DNA of 44,739 nucleotides from a virus (Duplodnaviria; Heunggongvirae; Uroviricota; Caudoviricetes): IMG/VR virus record IMGVR_UViG_2713896776_000002; one strand, 5' to 3'. Shown piece by piece: positions 38,130 to 44,739 of this stretch (position 1 is its first letter; each line of letters starts with the position of its first letter). The notes under the pieces were generated by a model. It saw only the letters and a program-made list of their open reading frames with translations, ran no database searches and was not told where the DNA came from. The position numbers and the translations under genes were made by a program.

Positions 38130-38161
38130 GCCTCAACCAGAGCGCGTCACGCATCCACTAA
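38130..38161. repeat. Right arm of the 32-bp perfect inverted repeat
   Basis: gcctcaaccagagcgcgtcacgcatccactaa = reverse complement of 37881-37912. Confidence 0.85.
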
Positions 38162-38279
38162 CAGGGATAAGTGTACTAACTTGGAACAGATGATGCAAAC
38201 TTCATTAGCTTATTTAAGCCTCAGTAAGCATCTGAAAGCCTCATACCATACAGTCATACAGTGAAACGGATTTTAGTTC

Positions 38280-38421
38280 CGTGCTTCTCAAAGGCGCAGA
38301 TGTCTGCGCCTTTGGGGATGATTCCCAGCGCTGGGACATTTGCGATTCGATACCATCAATCAAATGCGGTATTGGCAAATCTGCCAACGTTGGCAGATCT
38401 AGAGCCACAGAACCGCTCAGC
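38280..38421. repeat. Cluster of four perfect palindromes (24, 14, 20 and 20 bp)
   Basis: aaaggcgcaga-tg-tctgcgccttt (38280-38303); tcccagcgctggga (38313-38326); atctgccaacgttggcagat (38369-38388); accgctcagcgctgagcggt (38402-38421). Confidence 0.8.
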
Positions 38422-38450
38422 GCTGAGCGGTATACAATCCATTGATTTAA

Positions 38451-38795
38451 TTACTTTCTCAGATAATTTTCCCAATCAGGGAAAATTGTGGTCACATCAA
38501 ACTTTTTCTTCTCATATCTTGGCCCTCTTTTCTCTAGAATTTCATTTAATTCTTTCGGCATAATTATTTCTAAAATGGCATTTTGTATGTGCTGGCTAAG
38601 GTTCTTAGATGGGAGTTTTTCTGCGTTATCTTGCACATATTTACGAATCTGAGACTTAGCTTGGTCATACTGCTCTTTAGGTTTTGAGTGCAGTTTGGGT
38701 CTTTGTTCAACCAACCATGCACCAAGATAGTCGAAGAGCAAGTCATCTATCGATATGGTTGTTTTTTTGCCATTAAGAGTAACATGTATACGCAT
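38451..38795 (-). CDS. Hypothetical protein (AT-rich accessory gene)
   Basis: 114-aa ORF, co-directional with the RHH gene; no recognised motif. Confidence 0.4.
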   Translation of the reverse strand: MRIHVTLNGKKTTISIDDLLFDYLGAWLVEQRPKLHSKPKEQYDQAKSQIRKYVQDNAEKLPSKNLSQHIQNAILEIIMPKELNEILEKRGPRYEKKKFDVTTIFPDWENYLRK

Positions 38796-38932
38796 AAACT
38801 AGCCTCAAAGTGATAACATTTTATCATGTGCCGATGCGCTGTGAATGATAAATATTTATCACTATGATGTCGAATACAAGTGATAAATATTTATCAAAAA
38901 TACCTTAAGCTATTGTTTTTTAGTAACTAAAT

Positions 38933-39124
38933 TTAAGCCTTCGGGTCAATTCCGTTGCGCTTAAGCTCTGCTCTCCCAAGCTCTTTGAGCCAATTCCCTA
39001 AGCTAACACCTTCTTTTTTTGCTTGTGATTCAAACTGTTCTTTCAGTTCTGGTGAAATCCTGACATTGAACATCGGGGCTTTACCTGCCCCTTTAGGGCT
39101 TTTATCTCGCAAGATAGTTGACAT
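38933..39124 (-). CDS. Arc/MetJ-type ribbon-helix-helix DNA-binding protein
   Basis: PMFNVRISPELKEQFESQAKKEGVSLGNWLKEL matches the Arc-like RHH pattern (beta-strand then two helices); start codon uncertain (39124 or 39073). Confidence 0.5.
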   Translation of the reverse strand: MSTILRDKSPKGAGKAPMFNVRISPELKEQFESQAKKEGVSLGNWLKELGRAELKRNGIDPKA

Positions 39125-39125
39125 G

Positions 39126-39168
39126 TATAGACCTATAGCTTAGTGTTTGCTTATTAGGTCTATACCTT
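39126..39168. promoter_or_regulatory. Operator-like inverted repeats in the divergent promoter region (TATAGACC ... GGTCTATA)
   Basis: gtatagacctatag and ttaggtctatacc between the RHH gene and the divergent 39263 gene. Confidence 0.4.
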
Positions 39169-39262
39169 AACACAGGGAAAGGTCTAGAGAAACGGCCATA
39201 ACAAATGTTGCGAGCACTTGCTATGGCCTAACCAGTAAACCGTTATGCGTAGGATAACAGTC

Positions 39263-40006
39263 ATGGCTAATGATAAGTCTAACGATTCATTTGGAACAAA
39301 CCAAGAAAGTGTTTTATCTGCGGTGGTCAGTGGCGTGATTCACAGTTCTCACGCTAAAACGACATCGGAGGCCGAAGGCTTGGTTTCTTTGGGAAAGAAA
39401 ATATTTGCCTGTAAAGAGGAACTGCAACATGGTGAGTTTACGAACTTTCTTCACAGATGGCGCATAAACTTGCCCGATGCACGTAAAGCGATGCGAATCG
39501 CTCATGTGTTCGGCGGTGACACACCACGAGCCGCAATTGCCAAAACAGATATCGGCAAAACGAAGTTAAATCTGCTTGCCCGGCTGGATGAAGTGACACT
39601 GGATCTCCTTGCCAGTGGTGGGGCATATAACGACCACACGCTTGATGATATTCTTCGCATGAGCGCCAGAGAGTTGCAGCGCGTAATTCAATCTGGTGAA
39701 GATATTATTTGCGAAAGAACGCTAACCAATAAAGAGGATATCTCATCTTTGCCTGTTGAGGACGAGTTAGATAAAAAGGCAGGAATAAAACAATCAGGCC
39801 AAATCGAAGAGAATAAAAAGCAATATTGCCGCGAGTTACTCAAAGTGGCATTGCGTTATTCAGACGAAACCGAACTTAACGCAATAACAAAATTTATTGA
39901 ACATATGATTGCCTGTGCTCTGGCTGATAAATACAACCCCGGACTGAATGCTGCCAGTTATGAAGTTTATAATAAATTCGCTATTAGCCGGAGGGCTGCA
40001 CAATGA
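39263..40006 (+). CDS. Hypothetical protein
   Basis: ORF 39245-40006; ATG 39263 after AGGAT RBS; no recognised motif. Confidence 0.4.
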   Translation: MANDKSNDSFGTNQESVLSAVVSGVIHSSHAKTTSEAEGLVSLGKKIFACKEELQHGEFTNFLHRWRINLPDARKAMRIAHVFGGDTPRAAIAKTDIGKTKLNLLARLDEVTLDLLASGGAYNDHTLDDILRMSARELQRVIQSGEDIICERTLTNKEDISSLPVEDELDKKAGIKQSGQIEENKKQYCRELLKVALRYSDETELNAITKFIEHMIACALADKYNPGLNAASYEVYNKFAISRRAAQ

Positions 40007-40293
40007 AACAGGCTGAAACTCAAAATACTTTCCGTGCGATGCCGTCATTTTCACAAGGTGCCTCTGATGATATTATGTTTTTAAAGACTGATGCTAATCA
40101 GGAGTTAATTTACGACTCTGCCACCTACCGACTTGATGCAGTTCGTAAGCTACTTGATTTTGCGTCTACATTAGGTACGGATAAATCATGTGCATCCTCT
40201 GATGTTTCTATGGTTACGGATGCTGCTGGCATACTGGTTACTGATGCAATGGCGCTACTTGATGGATTGAGGAAAGACAGACGGCCTCAATAA
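40003..40293 (+). CDS. Hypothetical protein
   Basis: 96-aa ORF overlapping the upstream stop (ATGA). Confidence 0.35.
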   Translation: MKQAETQNTFRAMPSFSQGASDDIMFLKTDANQELIYDSATYRLDAVRKLLDFASTLGTDKSCASSDVSMVTDAAGILVTDAMALLDGLRKDRRPQ

Positions 40294-40532
40294 TCTGGCG
40301 TAATCCCGCGAAGCCCCTCCTCTGAGGGGCTTCTTCATATCTAAAGTACATTAAAAAACATCCCCGCCCACACCCGATATTATTAACTGACTTTAACAAG
40401 GTGCTGTAACGCTTTCTAAGCCGTCAGGCTGGTTTGCTGCGGTCAAGGTTCGCCTTTACCGCCAGTCGCACGCTGTAAAGCTTTATAAAGCCTTTTCTGA
40501 CTGAATTACTGATATTGCAACGGGTGATAGTC

Positions 40533-40889
40533 ATGACCAACAAACAAAAAATGCGTCAATCTGCCGAAGTGCTTAGTGATATGGCTACGCACATTTCCTG
40601 CCGCCTTGTCATGTACGGTGTCGATAAACGTCAGTCTGAATCTATCGCTGTAGACATCATGGCGTATCTGTCAGATGTATACGGCGGGCTTAACCTTTAC
40701 TTCCCAAAAGGAACAAAAGACCAGAATGAAGAGAAATATGATCTGGTTTTTGCAGACTTTAATGAAGGTATTCCCATCGCTGAAATAGCGAAAAAATACG
40801 GCTATTCCCTGCAATGGATTTACAACATTATCGCCCAAAAACGCCGTGAATACAGAAACAGCCTGAAAGATAGCGCTGCCAGACACTAA
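40533..40889 (+). CDS. Mor/C-family transcriptional activator (Mu Mor-like)
   Basis: ORF 40515-40889; C-terminal region LSDVYGGLNLYFPKGTK ... DFNEGIPIAEIAKKYGYSLQWIYNIIAQKRR fits the Mor-family pattern. Confidence 0.55.
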   Translation: MTNKQKMRQSAEVLSDMATHISCRLVMYGVDKRQSESIAVDIMAYLSDVYGGLNLYFPKGTKDQNEEKYDLVFADFNEGIPIAEIAKKYGYSLQWIYNIIAQKRREYRNSLKDSAARH

Positions 40890-40931
40890 GCAGCAAAGCA
40901 CTGTTTACACATCACAACCGAGAACAGGTAA

Positions 40932-41546
40932 ATGACAAATCTTAATTTGGGCAACTGGAAAACGATTGAGATATTCCGGGCGGGAACGCATACCGCGATG
41001 GCGGGACAGGAAATCAGCTTTTCCGACGAGGATATCGACAACATGGCAGCGGCCTATAACGGCTATCGCAGCGCGGGTTACGGTGCGCCGCTGTGTCTGG
41101 GGCATCCGGCCAGTAACAGCCCGGCCTATGGCGAAACCACCGGACTGATAAGCAAGAACGGCAGGCTTTTCGCACTGGTAAAACCGGATGATACCCTGCT
41201 GGGGCTGGTGCGCTCAGGGCGTTACAGGAAAGTATCTGCGTCATTCTATAAGCCCGGCGAGGCCAGCAACCCGGCAGGCACCGGAGCTTGGTATCTACGC
41301 CATATCGGTTTTCTCGGCTCACAGCCGCCAGCCGTTAAAGGGCTGGAGCAGGTGGAATTTATGGAAAGCGCTTACCCGGTCTGTTTTGGTCACAATGAAT
41401 CACACGTTTATTTCTCAGAGTTCGACGGCATAGCTGACAGCCAGAGAGCAGCGCAGCACCTTTTAATAAAGGATGTAAGCGAAGCCTGTAACGTCTCCTA
41501 TTCCGAAGCACTCACACTCACCACGCCTTTTATCTGGAGTTATTAA
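40932..41546 (+). CDS. Phage late structural protein (possible major tail protein; loose GpO/Mu-I-like resemblance)
   Basis: 204-aa ORF two genes upstream of the tape measure; function uncertain. Confidence 0.35.
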   Translation: MTNLNLGNWKTIEIFRAGTHTAMAGQEISFSDEDIDNMAAAYNGYRSAGYGAPLCLGHPASNSPAYGETTGLISKNGRLFALVKPDDTLLGLVRSGRYRKVSASFYKPGEASNPAGTGAWYLRHIGFLGSQPPAVKGLEQVEFMESAYPVCFGHNESHVYFSEFDGIADSQRAAQHLLIKDVSEACNVSYSEALTLTTPFIWSY

Positions 41547-41547
41547 A

Positions 41548-42141
41548 ATGAAACCAGTTATTTCCCTTATCGAAGCACTGAACGCCGTTAAAAATAATCT
41601 TGCCTCCCTGAATGAGCAGAAAGAAAAACTCTCTCGCCGCATTAGTGAAATTAACGGCGAAATAACCACATTACAGGATATGCCTTTATCGCTTAATGAT
41701 TACTGTTCTTTCATTCCTGAATATATTGAGCGATTCGGGCAGGAAGAATATCAGTCATTCAAGCGTGTCCTCTGCAACAGTTCCGGCAGTGAAGGGAACG
41801 CCGAACGCTGGGGCAATCTGGAGAATGAGAGCGGCGATATTTCCGGCCTGTTCCGTCTGGTGGGGTTGGGTGGAAACATCTCCCCGGCTGATACCGGGAT
41901 GGCGGTTATGCGCAAGCTCTGCTTTTTCTTCCCGGATGTGGTCGCCACCCGCCTGACCGAAGCGCTTAAGAAGGATAAAAGCGTGGTGTGGGGCAATGAC
42001 AAACTTCCGTCACTGGCAGAACGCCGTAAGACCGTTGCGGCGCTGGTCAGCGAACGTACCGGGCTTGAAAGTGAACTGATGGCTGTCAGCGAGGAAATTG
42101 CCGGGATTACCGGAATCAGCGGCCTGTCCCTGACCGAATGA
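41548..42141 (+). CDS. Hypothetical protein, candidate tail assembly chaperone
   Basis: 197-aa ORF immediately upstream of the tape measure gene; call by position only. Confidence 0.3.
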   Translation: MKPVISLIEALNAVKNNLASLNEQKEKLSRRISEINGEITTLQDMPLSLNDYCSFIPEYIERFGQEEYQSFKRVLCNSSGSEGNAERWGNLENESGDISGLFRLVGLGGNISPADTGMAVMRKLCFFFPDVVATRLTEALKKDKSVVWGNDKLPSLAERRKTVAALVSERTGLESELMAVSEEIAGITGISGLSLTE

Positions 42142-42173
42142 CGCCACCGAACCACTCATTACCGGAGTGAACC

Positions 42174-44651
42174 ATGAGCAATAATTTTTCTGTTGGCGTG
42201 ATGATTGGCGGCATTGTCGGGAGCAGTTTTCGTTCCGCGATGAGCAGTACCCGGCGTACTCTGGATTCTCTCGGCGACACCTCACGCCGACTGACGGAGC
42301 AGCAAAGCAGCCTGTCACGCGCCATGCAGCGTTACGGTCAGGTTGGTTCGGGCGTAGCCTCGCGCCTGAACAATGACCTGCAACGGGTCGGCAGAACGCT
42401 GGAACAGCTTAACCGCCAGCAGTCCCGCCTGTCGGCAGCGTCTGCCACTTCTGACGCCCTGAAATCTAACCGCATGGCGCTCTACGGTCAGGGAGTAGAG
42501 GCGTATGCACAAGTCAGGGCTGCTTACAGTCTTGTGTCCCCGGCTATAGAACAGTCGGCATCGTTTGAAGATAAAATGATTGATATGTCAATCACAGCGA
42601 AATATGACGATAAAACCCGTAAGACTCTGGGAGAGCAAATCAAAGGGTGGTCGCTCAAATACAACCAGTATCAGAGCGATATGCAGGACGCCGTTGGTTC
42701 ACTTATCAGCGATAACATTGACGGGCTTTCAGATATTGGCAACTACATGCCGAATATCGCCCGTGCAGCCACGGCAACCCGTACCGCAGGAACGGAATGG
42801 GCAAAGGTTGCGGCGGTGTGGCAAAACTCGCTGAAAGGCAGCGCAAAAGAATTTGGCGCGGTACAGAACATCATGGCCTACGCAGGTGACCAGGGGTCTT
42901 TTGAAATCCCTGACCAGGTGAAATGGATTCAGTCGCTTGCGCCGATGATGCAGGGTATTGCAGACGGTAAGGATGCAGTGGCGGAGATTGGGGCCAGTTT
43001 GCAGGTCGCTATGATTGGTTCAGGTTCACCGGATGAGACTGCAAACAATTTCAGGAACTTCCTCACCAAGATTTTTGCGCCTGATACGCAGAAGCGATTT
43101 GCCGATTTAGGTATCGACCTGATGGGGTCTCTTGCGAATTATAAAGCAGCCGGAGTTTCCCCCATTGAAGGTATGCTGGATGTAACCCAAAGATACCTTA
43201 ATGCAACGAGTCCGAAAGCTCTGGCTGGTTTTAAATCCGCAATGCAAATTCAGGACAACAAAGCGCGGGACGAGGCCTTACAAAGTCTGGCTAAAAACTT
43301 TGGGCTGGGTGAGATGTTCACCGATATGCAGGTAATGGCGTTCGTTCGCCCTATGCTTGCTAACATGGATAAATACAGGGCAATCCGCTCTGGTGCACTT
43401 AAAGCGGCTGATAATGACCTGCTGGCGGCATCCTATGCTGAAAGGCTCAAATCGCCGCTGGAAGCAACCAAAGCCCTGATGATAAACACCCGTGATTTAT
43501 CTATCTCTCTCGGCGATCAGTTGTCCCCTACATTTGTGTCAGCAACCCGGCAATTAATCCCGATGATTCAGACAACGAAGCTCTGGATAGAGCAACATCC
43601 GACGCTTGTTCAGGGTGTGGCAAAAACCGTGGGCGCACTGCTGGGGCTGAAAATTGCCACTGTCGGTCTGAAGCTCGGCCTTAATCTGCTTTTTTCACCT
43701 TTTGTTGGGATGTGGAAAAACGCTGTTCTGGTACACACTCATTGGGTGAAGCTGAAAGCCGCCCTTGGTGTTGGTGGCAGGTTGCGCTGGCTGGCTACTG
43801 GATTCAGTACCGTAGCGAAGGGAGCCGGGACGCTGGGTAAAGCGCTGGCAGGTGGGCTGTTCAGGGGCGTCATGGTCGTTGCAAAAGCATTTCTCTGGTT
43901 TGGCCGGGCGCTGATGATGAATCCCTTAGGCATTGCGATAACCGTCATCGCCGGGGGCGCATACCTGATATACCGCAACTGGGGGGCAATAAGTCGATGG
44001 TTCTCACAGCGATGGGAGGAAGTCAAAACGGCCTTTAACGGCGGCGTTCTCGGCGTCAGTAAGCTAATCCTGAACTGGTCGCCGCTGGGGCTGTTCTACA
44101 AGGCGTTTGCGGGGGTCATGAAGTGGTTTAACATCGACCTTCCCGGCCAGTTTACCGAGTTTGGCGGTCACCTGATTGACGGACTGGTGAACGGTATCAA
44201 AAATAAGTGGGAGTCGCTCAAGAATACCGTTACCGAGATGGGCGATAGCGTCGGCGGGTGGTTCAAGGAAAAGCTGGGGATTCACTCGCCAAGCCGGGTC
44301 TTTATGGGCTTCGGTTCAAACATCGCAGAAGGGGCGGCGATTGGTATCGGTCAGTCTGCATCGCTGGCGCTAAAAGCCTCCTCGCGGCTGGCTGATATGA
44401 TGGTGCCGGATGTACCGAAAGTACCACCCGTATTAGAGCGCTATATGCGCGGCGACCTTACCTTATCCAGAGGCCGGGATTCACATTCACCGGCAGGTGC
44501 AGGGATTAACGTCATTAACCATATCTATATTGATGGCAAGAACAAGTCACCAGCACCGGATGTAGCGAATGCGCTTAAGCTGTCCATTCCTGAGATTGAA
44601 AGAGCGCTGGAAGCTATTCTTGCCCGTAAGCGCCGGGTTGCTTACGACTGA
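42174..44651 (+). CDS. Tail tape measure protein
   Basis: 825 aa; Ala/Gly/Ser/Gln-rich helical N-terminus, central hydrophobic segment, C-terminal GIHSPSRVF motif typical of tape-measure proteins. Confidence 0.8.
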   Translation: MSNNFSVGVMIGGIVGSSFRSAMSSTRRTLDSLGDTSRRLTEQQSSLSRAMQRYGQVGSGVASRLNNDLQRVGRTLEQLNRQQSRLSAASATSDALKSNRMALYGQGVEAYAQVRAAYSLVSPAIEQSASFEDKMIDMSITAKYDDKTRKTLGEQIKGWSLKYNQYQSDMQDAVGSLISDNIDGLSDIGNYMPNIARAATATRTAGTEWAKVAAVWQNSLKGSAKEFGAVQNIMAYAGDQGSFEIPDQVKWIQSLAPMMQGIADGKDAVAEIGASLQVAMIGSGSPDETANNFRNFLTKIFAPDTQKRFADLGIDLMGSLANYKAAGVSPIEGMLDVTQRYLNATSPKALAGFKSAMQIQDNKARDEALQSLAKNFGLGEMFTDMQVMAFVRPMLANMDKYRAIRSGALKAADNDLLAASYAERLKSPLEATKALMINTRDLSISLGDQLSPTFVSATRQLIPMIQTTKLWIEQHPTLVQGVAKTVGALLGLKIATVGLKLGLNLLFSPFVGMWKNAVLVHTHWVKLKAALGVGGRLRWLATGFSTVAKGAGTLGKALAGGLFRGVMVVAKAFLWFGRALMMNPLGIAITVIAGGAYLIYRNWGAISRWFSQRWEEVKTAFNGGVLGVSKLILNWSPLGLFYKAFAGVMKWFNIDLPGQFTEFGGHLIDGLVNGIKNKWESLKNTVTEMGDSVGGWFKEKLGIHSPSRVFMGFGSNIAEGAAIGIGQSASLALKASSRLADMMVPDVPKVPPVLERYMRGDLTLSRGRDSHSPAGAGINVINHIYIDGKNKSPAPDVANALKLSIPEIERALEAILARKRRVAYD

Positions 44652-44739
44652 TAATTTGTAATTCCTTTGCAGTATCTGAAAAGCCGCACCGTGTCCATTT
44701 ATCTCACGGATTGCGGCTTATTTATCGCGCGGTGGATCA

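Larger units (their letters stand above)
11853..44739. mobile_element. Lambdoid prophage (HK97-like head module), left end at the ssrA-derived att; right end beyond the window
   Basis: Contiguous phage modules: int/xis, CI/Cro, O with iterons, Q, lysis cassette, HNH-terminase-portal-protease-capsid, tape measure. Confidence 0.85.

Noticed and set aside
37808-38260. LexA box (CTGT-N8-ACAG) upstream of the TisB-like ORF
   Set aside because: Looked for by eye; no match found, so SOS control is not claimed.
38261-38563. 100-aa plus-strand ORF
   Set aside because: Spans the palindrome cluster and the 3' end of the minus-strand 114-aa gene; the translation is driven by palindromic sequence, no RBS.
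1-44739. CRISPR arrays, rRNA or tRNA genes
   Set aside because: No regularly spaced direct repeats with unique spacers and no tRNA/rRNA-like conserved sequence apart from the ssrA 3' fragment.

Overview
The window holds two horizontally acquired elements joined at a ~32-bp copy of the ssrA (tmRNA) 3' end (11820-11851); all calls are by eye from the sequence and the ORF track, with no database search. Left part (1 to ~11850): a CP4-57-type integrative island (P4-family integrase, AlpA-like, DUF3987/YfjI-like and YfjJ-like genes) carrying a complete Type I restriction-modification operon (hsdM-hsdS-hsdR) and a HigA-like HTH gene. Right part (11853 to window end, continuing beyond): a lambdoid prophage with an HK97-type head module. 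Reading left to right it has an attL-proximal cargo of a Dam-family methyltransferase plus an OLD-like ATPase/TOPRIM protein, int/xis, an early-left operon (YfdP/Q/R/S/T-like, including an HD hydrolase), and an immunity region (CI-like repressor, Cro-like, CII-like) that contains a small proline-rich peptide family around a 2-TM membrane protein. Then come an O-like replication gene with internal iterons, RusA, KilA-N, DUF968, antiterminator Q, holin / lambda-R-like endolysin / Rz-Rz1, a two-gene opposite-strand moron, HNH-terS-terL-portal-protease-capsid-connector genes, a 3.9-kb accessory insert (TisB-like mini-ORF, 32-bp inverted repeats, a cluster of perfect palindromes, RHH and Mor-like regulators), and tail genes ending in a tape-measure protein. 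No rRNA, tRNA or CRISPR array was seen. The strongest candidates for undescribed biology are the Dam + OLD-like cassette, the proline-rich peptide/membrane-protein locus, and the toxin-like/palindrome region inside the structural module.
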